Positions 42,308 through 50,274 of a DNA stretch of 64,000 nt are shown here, in pieces. Position numbers and translations under genes: made by a program. How positions within the stretch are numbered: the first letter of the stretch is position 1; every line of letters begins with the position of its first letter. The stretch is from Candidatus Latescibacterota bacterium (GTDB lineage: Bacteria; Latescibacterota; UBA2968): assembly GCA_965205975.1 (NCBI GenBank), contig OZ242195.1, positions 2,624,001 to 2,688,000 on the forward strand. The letters are read 5' to 3'. Under the pieces are notes generated by a model that had not been told where the DNA came from, made no database searches, and worked only from the letters and a program-made list of their open reading frames with translations.

Positions 42308-42414
42308 GATATCCTCCCAAAATAAATGAAGCAGAATTTATAACAAACTTTTCCACCTAAACTGGCCAACATATTCACTTTGCCAAATACTTATCGGGTT
42401 CTGAACTGTATTGG

Positions 42415-42633
42415 TCAGGGAAAAGGGTTAAAGATATCTTCCAAAATATCGTCCAAAATATCGTCCAGCGTCGGGTCAAAATCCTCACTGGTATCATCAC
42501 CTGGGACCGGGAAACATCCATCGGTACCAGAGATCCGAGCAATTTCAAGCCTATTCAAATCACTCGTTTTAATCGGCAGATTGGTCACACCTGTGACCGA
42601 TTGCTCAGGAATTGATATAATTCGTCTCGCCAT
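42415..42633 (-). CDS. Putative RiPP precursor 2 (37-aa leader ending GT, 35-aa acidic core)
   Basis: AAGGAGGTG RBS; L(-12), E(-8), I(-7), I(-4), G-T. Confidence 0.75.
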   Translation of the reverse strand: MARRIISIPEQSVTGVTNLPIKTSDLNRLEIARISGTDGCFPVPGDDTSEDFDPTLDDILDDILEDIFNPFP

Positions 42634-42660
42634 TCTTCCTCACCTCCTTTCTTTACTGCC

Positions 42661-42720
42661 TCAGCGCAAATCGCTGAAATGTCGAATTTTGCGAAACGTT
42701 CTGTGGATCGTGGCACGATT
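42661..42720 (-). pseudogene. Duplicated 3' end of the upstream glycosyltransferase
   Basis: Encodes NRATIHRTFRKIRHFSDLR* versus GT end TRATAHKTLRKIRHFSDML; 42670-42706 matches 43019-43055 at 33/37 nt. Confidence 0.85.
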
Positions 42721-42721
42721 C

Positions 42722-42946
42722 CTACCAAGAATCCCACCATTCACTCACTGTATCTTCGACATAATCCACCGCATCTTCGATATAATCAATAATATCTTCA
42801 AAGAGCTCAAGTGGATCTTCTCCTGGCAAAATGCATCCTCCTGCTGCATTCGCCATCTCACCATGTGCCAGTTCTATTTCTTGACCGGGGAGTTGAACAC
42901 AGGTCACAGAAACTTGTGCTGGCATTGATGTAATGCGCTTCGTCAT
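42722..42946 (-). CDS. Putative RiPP precursor 1 (37-aa double-Gly leader, 37-aa acidic core)
   Basis: AAGGAGGTG RBS; ELAHGEMANAAGG fits the double-glycine consensus. Confidence 0.8.
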   Translation of the reverse strand: MTKRITSMPAQVSVTCVQLPGQEIELAHGEMANAAGGCILPGEDPLELFEDIIDYIEDAVDYVEDTVSEWWDSW

Positions 42947-43000
42947 TTTCTCGCACCTCCTTTCTTTTCCACCTCAACATAAGCCATATCCCTTCGCCAA

Positions 43001-44404
43001 TCAGGGAGCCGTGAGCATATCGCTGAAGTGTCGGATTTTGCGAAGCGTTTTGTGGGCTGTCGCGCGCGTTTCACATAAACCCAACAGGACGGCTTCGACT
43101 TCGTTTGGGTGTAAATGTTGCATCAAGTGAAGGCCCAGGCCTTCAATAAGGGACATATCTTGTCCCAAAAACGAAATGCGCGGCAATGGGCCTTGCACGC
43201 TTCCCAAATAGTTAAATCCCTTAGACACACTTTGCGGCACACCAGATACATCACAACCCTGTGTAAAACTCACGGTTATTGGTATCGGGCAGGCGGGTGC
43301 ATCGCGTTTGATCCGCAAATTTTCAAACAGTGCCATGTGCTGCTGCGCCGTGTGATCCCAGGAAAATTCGAGCGCGCGTTTGCGAGCACCCTCTCCCAAT
43401 TTCTCCCGCTCCGTTTTGCTATTCAACAAATCGCGTACAACATCTGAAATCACCTCAGGAGCGATATAACCCGTCACATTCAATGGCTCATCTTCAAACC
43501 GCTCAATCTCTATCAACCGCCCACAACTACCCAACAACTCTGGCGCACCCGCAAAATTTGTCGCCACAACCGGAAGACCACACGCCATGCCCTCTATCAC
43601 AGTTGAAGGACACGACTCATACGAATACACCGACAACGCGCACAACACATCCAGCATATTGTAATACAGCGGCATATCCGTATAGGGTTGCGCGCCCAAA
43701 AATATCACATTGGGCGAATGTGTCACAGGTGCGAACTGCTTGCCAATCACCGCAAACAACACATTGGGATTCAGATCGGCCATTCGCAAAAACGGATACG
43801 CACCCTTGCCCGGCTCAAACCGCCCACAAAAACCCACCACAGGCATCTCCAAAAAGCGTTGATCACCCGTCTTATCCGCGACCTCTTTGCGCGCTTGCAA
43901 CTTATCCATCGGCACAAACACCTCGGCATCTACCCCATTGGTAATAGGGCGCAAATACGATCGGTCAAACACCAGCTTGCCCACTTCCTCAGCGACATAC
44001 GCCGACTTGGGGGACAAAGCATCATAAGGCCGCAACAGCGAATAACATTGAAGCACCTTATCCATAAAATCGCGATTGCGTCCAAAAGAACACGACAGCC
44101 GAATCACAATGGGCGCGGGACACACATGGCGGAAAAATGCCAGGTCATCTACCCTGGGTTCAAACATCAGCACACCATCAAAATCCTGCCGCACAAACCA
44201 CTGGCGCGACGTATCAATCGTCTCAAATGCGGGTTGAATACCGTGCATATTCGGACCATAATCCACCGCTTCAGACGCTGGCATATACACCTCGCAATAC
44301 TTCGATAACGCCTGCACATGGTTAAAACCCGAAAGGGACGCCCCGCTATTCGACGCCATCACTTTCTCGCAGTCGTGATACGGGTGTGACACATAAATTT
44401 TCAT
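43001..44404 (-). CDS. GT4-family glycosyltransferase with ~100-aa C-terminal extension
   Basis: ITNGVD, GRFEPGKG, ESCPSTVIEGMACGLPVV (EX7E), FSWD. Confidence 0.85.
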   Translation of the reverse strand: MKIYVSHPYHDCEKVMASNSGASLSGFNHVQALSKYCEVYMPASEAVDYGPNMHGIQPAFETIDTSRQWFVRQDFDGVLMFEPRVDDLAFFRHVCPAPIVIRLSCSFGRNRDFMDKVLQCYSLLRPYDALSPKSAYVAEEVGKLVFDRSYLRPITNGVDAEVFVPMDKLQARKEVADKTGDQRFLEMPVVGFCGRFEPGKGAYPFLRMADLNPNVLFAVIGKQFAPVTHSPNVIFLGAQPYTDMPLYYNMLDVLCALSVYSYESCPSTVIEGMACGLPVVATNFAGAPELLGSCGRLIEIERFEDEPLNVTGYIAPEVISDVVRDLLNSKTEREKLGEGARKRALEFSWDHTAQQHMALFENLRIKRDAPACPIPITVSFTQGCDVSGVPQSVSKGFNYLGSVQGPLPRISFLGQDMSLIEGLGLHLMQHLHPNEVEAVLLGLCETRATAHKTLRKIRHFSDMLTAP

Positions 44405-44416
44405 CTTTCACCTCAT

Positions 44417-46969
44417 TTAGACTGATTCTATAAACTTTCGCGTTTGCTCGGCACCATCCATGGACAGATGGTGTTCGGACACAGAACTTTCGAGCATTTC
44501 GGCAATAGCTTTTGCCATCTTTCCCGTACCTATTTGATCGGGGTGTATCACCCCTGCAATACCCAACGCCATCAACTGCTGCGCGCGAAATTCCTGATCA
44601 TCCATTGCAATACTCGGCACCAGAATCGACGGGGCCTGTGTCTCGAGCACATTCATACACGTATTGTAGCCCGCCCGGCTAATCGATAAATCCGCGTGTT
44701 TCATCCACGCCAAAAAATTGGACGTAAAGCGCTCAAGGCGAAACGGACCATCACCGCATAACGCGCGCAAAGCCTCAAAATGCGTTTCATCGATAAACGC
44801 ACCGGCAAAAATCACCATCTCGCGTCCATCGTGCGCAACGTCCTGCTCCAATTGTTTCCACGCTTCAATACAAGGTGCAATAAGCGCAAGCCCCTCAGCC
44901 CCGCCACCAGCACTGACCAACACATACCGATCAGGCGCAGGATCAGGTCGAGATACGTCCTCGAGTTTCTCAGAGATAAACCCCGTATAAACCACGGGAA
45001 TATCGATATCACCAGTCCAGGGAAAGTGATCTTCCAGCCGGGACAATTTGGAATCGCCATGCACCAATACCGCATCGAAATACTGATTCAACACGGGCAC
45101 GACCTCCTCGTAATACTGCCGATTAAAAGCCAAATACTCGTGATGTATCCCGCCAAAAGGCACCGAATAAAACCGCATCGCATCTCCATCGCGTCTCTGG
45201 GTAAGCGGAAAAGTCAGTTGCAACGCATCGCTTTTTGCCCGCGTTGGAATATCGCGCAGTGAACACAGCACCTTCGCGTCGGGATTGACCTCATTGAGCC
45301 TGACAATGGTATTGAGGATCTCGTTCTTGAGCGACCATCGGGAAAAGGGAAAAAACTCAACACAAAACACATCGGGACGAATCTGCTCCATCACGTCGGC
45401 AAGCTGTGTCTGGCGCTCGCGCATAACAGCCTGCAAATCGCGCTCCTTATCAACAGACTCAATACCCTGCGCACCCGTGCGAAGCGGCGGCAGAGGAATA
45501 CGTACCACTCCTTCATCGAGATCAGCTTCGGGAATTGGTCGCCCGCCATCGATAAAAAACACATCGCATGTCTTCACCAGTTCATTGACAATCTGTCGAT
45601 TGCGAAAATGGTGCCCAACGCCAATGAGGTGCTGGCTGTAAAATGCAACGCGTGTGCGGGTTTTTGCTTGTTGATTAATACATTCCATACGGGCAGGACA
45701 AACGGCTATCGCGGCCTCATAGATCCCGCGATAGCGTTCCACAACCTGCCTCCATGTGTGCTCTGACCGCACCCATTCGTTGCCCCCTTGCCCCAATTGC
45801 ATCCGCAGCGAGGGATTCTCGATGAGTTCGGCACACGTCTGGGTGAGACTTTCGACATCATCTGCCACAAAAACGCGCCCGGTTTCGCCGTCTGTAACCA
45901 CCTCCTTGAGTGCGGCTACATCGCTAACGACAACGGCTTTTTCCATCGCCATTGCCTCATAAGGCTTCATCGGCGTGACCAGTTCGGTAACGCGGCTACG
46001 CGTACGCGGAATAACAAAAACATCTAACATCGCGTAATATGCAGCTATTTGGTCGTGCGGTATTTCACCCGTAAAAATCGCCACATCCGCCAGACCGCGT
46101 TCCTGTGCTTCGCGCTGCAATGCTGGCAGGTCTCGTCCACCCCCCACAATCAACACTTTGAGATTGGCATACTGCCCGCGAAGAACCTCACACGCCTGCA
46201 ACAACAACCGCAATCCCTCCAGTGACCGCACCAGACCGATATAGCCCACCACCACATCTTCCGGTTCAATCCCCAGATCATTGGCAAGTTCGCCTGACCG
46301 ATTTTTGGGTGCATATTGCTCAACCGCCACACCATTGGGCACTACGCCAATTTTCTCTTCGTCAACCCCCTCGCGTATGCATTCTGCTTTCAACACCTCG
46401 GACAGCGTCACCACAGCATCGGCTCGTTGCATCGCATTGACATGTTGCGCGTGTTGCTGGCGATACACCTCTGAATCGGGAGCCAGCATACCCTGCGCCA
46501 CACCGCTATCGTGCCACAAACCCCGCACCTCGTACACCACAGACAGACCACAGTGATGTCCTATATCAATCGCAACCTGTGCATTTCTACCCGGTGACGC
46601 CGCGTGCAACACATCGGGTTTTTCTGTCTCAACAGCCCGCGCAACGCGTTTGCGAAAGTGTTGCTCCTGCCCCACACGATAGATTCGTGGGGTATCTGGC
46701 AATTGAAATTTGCCCAGACGTTCGGACAGACGTGCTGTGTATGCTTCAGAAGTATTTCTCAAATAAGGCACATCATTGATATATTCAATATCATCAGCGA
46801 GTTGCTCAGACACACCCCAGCGCGTGAGCACCACAGGATCAAAGCCGAGCGCTTTCTGCGTATTGATGATATACTGGCTTCGCAAACTGTAGCCGCTTTG
46901 TCGGTGTGGCAGCGAAACATCCAGAATATGTAATATCTTCATCGGCATAGGATTTTCAAATTGTCTCAT
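44417..46969 (-). CDS. Two-domain glycosyltransferase: N-terminal GT4, C-terminal COG4671/GT28_C-like GT-B
   Basis: VPNGV, ELVTPMKPYEAMA in the first half; FYSQHLIGVGH, VSAGGG, ISRAGYNT, DQEFRA in the second half; start may be 46942. Confidence 0.85.
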   Translation of the reverse strand: MRQFENPMPMKILHILDVSLPHRQSGYSLRSQYIINTQKALGFDPVVLTRWGVSEQLADDIEYINDVPYLRNTSEAYTARLSERLGKFQLPDTPRIYRVGQEQHFRKRVARAVETEKPDVLHAASPGRNAQVAIDIGHHCGLSVVYEVRGLWHDSGVAQGMLAPDSEVYRQQHAQHVNAMQRADAVVTLSEVLKAECIREGVDEEKIGVVPNGVAVEQYAPKNRSGELANDLGIEPEDVVVGYIGLVRSLEGLRLLLQACEVLRGQYANLKVLIVGGGRDLPALQREAQERGLADVAIFTGEIPHDQIAAYYAMLDVFVIPRTRSRVTELVTPMKPYEAMAMEKAVVVSDVAALKEVVTDGETGRVFVADDVESLTQTCAELIENPSLRMQLGQGGNEWVRSEHTWRQVVERYRGIYEAAIAVCPARMECINQQAKTRTRVAFYSQHLIGVGHHFRNRQIVNELVKTCDVFFIDGGRPIPEADLDEGVVRIPLPPLRTGAQGIESVDKERDLQAVMRERQTQLADVMEQIRPDVFCVEFFPFSRWSLKNEILNTIVRLNEVNPDAKVLCSLRDIPTRAKSDALQLTFPLTQRRDGDAMRFYSVPFGGIHHEYLAFNRQYYEEVVPVLNQYFDAVLVHGDSKLSRLEDHFPWTGDIDIPVVYTGFISEKLEDVSRPDPAPDRYVLVSAGGGAEGLALIAPCIEAWKQLEQDVAHDGREMVIFAGAFIDETHFEALRALCGDGPFRLERFTSNFLAWMKHADLSISRAGYNTCMNVLETQAPSILVPSIAMDDQEFRAQQLMALGIAGVIHPDQIGTGKMAKAIAEMLESSVSEHHLSMDGAEQTRKFIESV

Positions 46970-46999
46970 GTCTTTCCAGTACTTTTAAGACCTATTCTT

Positions 47000-47410
47000 T
47001 TATGAATTTTTTTGAATAAGGCTTTCGCATCTCACTTTTGCGCGGTAAGCGGTAAGAGACATGTCATTTACCTTCTTAAACACCTCACAAAAATACTTTG
47101 AGGACCGATACCCACACGCACTTGCAACCTCATAGGTCAGCAAGGATTGTTCACCTATCAAGTGCTGTGCATGAGCAATTCTGATCTCTCTCAACTTTTC
47201 TCGGAAAGGCTTGCCAACATGCTTTTTGAACAAGGCACTCAGATGCGTTCTGGAAAGTTTGAAATGATCTACGAGATCACTAAATTTGAGGTCCGGGTTG
47301 CTGTAATGCGCCTCCAAAAAGGCTTCAAACGCGATTTTCCAACTCGAATCTGATGGGATATGGGTTTTGACCTTCGCCAAAAACTTGCTCCTTTCAACTA
47401 CACTATTCAA
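47000..47410 (-). CDS. AraC-family regulator (DNA-binding domain only)
   Basis: HLSALFKKHVG, RIAHAQHL, VASACGY.SSKYFCEVFKK; TTG start. Confidence 0.85.
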   Translation of the reverse strand: MNSVVERSKFLAKVKTHIPSDSSWKIAFEAFLEAHYSNPDLKFSDLVDHFKLSRTHLSALFKKHVGKPFREKLREIRIAHAQHLIGEQSLLTYEVASACGYRSSKYFCEVFKKVNDMSLTAYRAKVRCESLIQKNS

Positions 47411-47439
47411 ACAGATATTTCACAGCTTAAACAAATATG

Positions 47440-47455
47440 TGCAATATGTGTGCCA
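47440..47455 (-). promoter_or_regulatory. Sigma54 (-24/-12) promoter of the RiPP-like operon
   Basis: TGGCAC-ACATA-TTGCA matches the TGGCAC-N5-TTGCW consensus, ~30 bp upstream of the AraC start. Confidence 0.8.
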
Positions 47456-47549
47456 ATGTGAATTTCTCAAGTAATAATGATCATAAAGTATTGTTTTTAT
47501 TTCGTATAAAAATTATTATCGAGCAAAAGACAGGTTGAATACCGAATTA

Positions 47550-47574
47550 AAAAGTGAAAACACCATTCACTTTT
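47550..47574. promoter_or_regulatory. 9-7-9 palindrome, candidate activator binding site
   Basis: AAAAGTGAA-N7-TTCACTTTT about 100 bp upstream of the sigma54 box. Confidence 0.45.
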
Positions 47575-47612
47575 CTCTTTTCGATTGAACATTATTTGCA
47601 CTTTAATTCGCG

Positions 47613-47722
47613 TTGACAATCGCGTTCCGGATTGTTATTTTTTACATCCTTCTCAAGTTCTCAGCTTGAGATATTTACCTGCCGCTGACAGTTGACTTGC
47701 CCGGTCTTGTCGGCGGCTTTTT
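47613..47722 (+). ncRNA. Candidate small RNA or attenuated leader (promoter, two hairpins, U-tract)
   Basis: TTGACA-17-TATTTT; hairpin 47651-47671; terminator stem 47681-47717 followed by TTTTT. Confidence 0.45.
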
Positions 47723-47856
47723 CATACAACAATAATGATAATACCAACTCTTCTGTCGCTGCAACAAAAAAAGATTCCACTTATGTCTTATCTGACCTCT
47801 TTATGTCTTATTTTTGGTATTTTTTTTCGAAATGTTGTTTTTTATTTAACTCCTGA

Positions 47857-48840
47857 ATGGAAAGACAAATGAATCAACTCGTCAATCAAAACGATCAAAT
47901 TATTCCGCTCACTTCACTAACAGAGTGGGAAGAAAAGCGCGCGAAAATACTCGAAGCCGCGCAGGAAATCATGGGTCTTTTGCCCGGAGACGAAAAGCGA
48001 TGCTCACTCGCCATAGATCTGGCAGAAGAAGTGGATTGCGGCACTTATATAAGGCAAATGATCACTTACGCCGCAGAACCCGGCGACCGCGCACGGGCGT
48101 ATCTGCTAATCCCAAAACAGGCGCTGGATGGTCATGAATGTCCAGCCGTCTTGTGCCCGCACCCGACGCATGCGACATTGGGATACAAAACCGTCGTAGG
48201 ACTGGGCGACCGCCCCAATCGGGCTTATGCCAGCGAATTGGCCGAACGCGGCTTTGTCACCATCGCACCGTCCTACCCCATGCTCGCGGAATATTGGCCC
48301 GATGTATTCGGTCTGGGCTATGAAAGCGGAACCATGAAGGCGATATGGGACAATATCCGGGCGATCGATCTGCTGGAAACACTGCCGTATGTAAAGCGGG
48401 GACCCGTCGGGGCAATCGGACATTCTCTGGGCGGACACAACTCGGTCTATACCGCTGTTTTTGAGCCGCGCATCGGCGTTGTGGTATCCAGTTGCGGACT
48501 GGATTCCTACATAGACTACAAAGATGGAAATCTCGCTGGGTGGACGCAGGATCGGTACATGCCCAAATTGAAAAATTACGCCCATCGGCTGTGGGATATA
48601 CCCTTTGATTTTCACGACTTAATCGCGGCATTGGCACCCCGACCCTGTTTTATTGCCGCGCCTTTGCGCGACAGCAATTTCAAATGGCAAAGCGTAGATG
48701 CCGTTGTCAACGCAGCCGCCCGCGTGTACGCCCTTTACGATGCAACAGAAAATCTGATTGTCGAACACCCCGATTGCGAACATGATTTTCCCAACGCCAT
48801 GCGCGAACAGGCGTATCAATTATTCGAAAAACACCTTTGA
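47857..48840 (+). CDS. Alpha/beta hydrolase (dienelactone hydrolase-like)
   Basis: GHSLGG nucleophile elbow, ALAPRP, CEHDF. Confidence 0.85.
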   Translation: MERQMNQLVNQNDQIIPLTSLTEWEEKRAKILEAAQEIMGLLPGDEKRCSLAIDLAEEVDCGTYIRQMITYAAEPGDRARAYLLIPKQALDGHECPAVLCPHPTHATLGYKTVVGLGDRPNRAYASELAERGFVTIAPSYPMLAEYWPDVFGLGYESGTMKAIWDNIRAIDLLETLPYVKRGPVGAIGHSLGGHNSVYTAVFEPRIGVVVSSCGLDSYIDYKDGNLAGWTQDRYMPKLKNYAHRLWDIPFDFHDLIAALAPRPCFIAAPLRDSNFKWQSVDAVVNAAARVYALYDATENLIVEHPDCEHDFPNAMREQAYQLFEKHL

Positions 48841-48855
48841 TGACTCGAGATCCCC

Positions 48856-50127
48856 ATGCAAAGCAAAGTCGCACTTCTCCGCACATCGCCGCGTACGATC
48901 TTTGAAGACTACCACCGCCTGCTCAATCTGGCGGATTACCAGAATATAATTGCCAAAGAAGTGGAAACCGCGCTCAAGATCAACATCTCATGGCACTTTT
49001 TTTTCCCCGGATGTTCCACAACACCATGGCAACTCGACGGTGTTATCCGCGCCATGAAACAAGATGGCTACGACCCCGACCTCATTCACGGCTGCCACAA
49101 CCGAACCGTGGTCATTGACGCGCGTTTGGGCGAAAAAGAAAACAAACACCTCCCCGTCATCAAAGCGCACGGCCTGAAAAATATACATCTCTACGAAGGC
49201 GAAGAATGGATCAACGTACGCGACGCAGTCGGCGACCTCACCGCAAAATTTCTCTGTCTGAACGAAGTCTATCCCAAAGGCTTTCACATTCCCAAACGCT
49301 TTATCGATGAAAACATCATCCATTTCCCCACGGTCAAAACCCACGTCTTTACCACCACCACAGGCGCCATGAAAAATGCCTTTGGCGGCCTGCTCAACGA
49401 GCGTCGCCACTGGACCCACCCGGTCATTCACGAAACCCTCGTCGATCTGCTCATGATACAAAAGAAAATCCACCGCGGTGTCTTCGCAGTCATGGACGGC
49501 ACCTTTGCAGGCGATGGCCCCGGCCCGCGCTGTATGATTCCCCACACCAAAAACGTCATCCTCGCCAGTGCTGACCAGGTCGCCATTGACGCAGTCGCCG
49601 CCAAAATGATGGGCTTTGATCCACTTTCAATCAAATACATCCGCATAGCACACGACCTGGGCCTCGGATGCGGAGATCCCTCCCAAATCGAAATTGCGGG
49701 TGATCTATGCGCTGCAGAAGAAAATTGGGACTTTGTCGGTCCGTACAAAAAAATGACATTTGCCTCTAAAATGCAGCACAAGATCTACTGGGGGAGCCTC
49801 AAAAAACCCATCGAATGGTCGCTCAAAACCATCCTCGCGCCCTGGGCTTATATGGCTTCGGTACTCTACCACGACAGTTTCTGGTATCCTTTTCATGCCA
49901 AAAATAAAATGCAAGATGTACTAAACAGCGACTGGGGCCGCCTCTTCCGCAACTGGGAACACCTCACCCCAAACGCCCAGGGCTTCCCCGATGTGGGCGA
50001 CACCTCTGCCAAACTGAAAAAAACAAATCTGCAAGTCCTGAGAGATTCACTCGGCATCTTGCGCGATTGCATTGTCGAAGCCCCCGAGTTCATCCAATCG
50101 CGTAAAAAAACAGCGCACCGAGGATAA
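48856..50127 (+). CDS. DUF362 domain protein
   Basis: LKINISW, PTVKTH, TGAMKN, DQVAIDAV. Confidence 0.8.
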   Translation: MQSKVALLRTSPRTIFEDYHRLLNLADYQNIIAKEVETALKINISWHFFFPGCSTTPWQLDGVIRAMKQDGYDPDLIHGCHNRTVVIDARLGEKENKHLPVIKAHGLKNIHLYEGEEWINVRDAVGDLTAKFLCLNEVYPKGFHIPKRFIDENIIHFPTVKTHVFTTTTGAMKNAFGGLLNERRHWTHPVIHETLVDLLMIQKKIHRGVFAVMDGTFAGDGPGPRCMIPHTKNVILASADQVAIDAVAAKMMGFDPLSIKYIRIAHDLGLGCGDPSQIEIAGDLCAAEENWDFVGPYKKMTFASKMQHKIYWGSLKKPIEWSLKTILAPWAYMASVLYHDSFWYPFHAKNKMQDVLNSDWGRLFRNWEHLTPNAQGFPDVGDTSAKLKKTNLQVLRDSLGILRDCIVEAPEFIQSRKKTAHRG

Positions 50128-50156
50128 AAGAGGGCGCATACAAAGACGCGGGCGGG

Positions 50157-50186
50157 GTACAACTGGTCGTAGCTCAGACCAGTTCA
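50157..50186 (+). repeat. Dispersed 30-bp hairpin repeat, copy 1
   Basis: 25/30 identical to the reverse complement of 52447-52476. Confidence 0.75.
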
Positions 50187-50216
50187 CACACGGAGGGGCC
50201 CGTATCGAAAAAAATA

Positions 50217-50251
50217 AATAGGCGGATAATCGCAAAGATCATCCGCCTATT
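50217..50251. terminator. Hairpin between convergent genes
   Basis: AATAGGCGGAT / ATCCGCCTATT 11-bp stem with A-tract upstream. Confidence 0.65.
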
Positions 50252-50274
50252 CTACTTCAGCATTGAAAAAGCTG

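Noticed and set aside
42380..43130. Plus-strand ORFs 42380-42928 and 42933-43130 sharing SLKCRILR.VLW
   Set aside because: Antisense shadow of the GT 3'-end duplication; the minus-strand ORFs have the strong RBSs and leader motifs.
31949..46969. Ordinary capsule/EPS/LPS locus, or lanthipeptide/sactipeptide cluster
   Set aside because: No wzx/wzy/wzc or priming transferase, and no LanM/LanBC, YcaO or radical SAM gene; the GTs abut leader peptides and a C39 exporter.
50165..50240. tRNA-like GTAGCTCAG
   Set aside because: No T-loop, acceptor stem or cloverleaf; it is part of the dispersed hairpin repeat.
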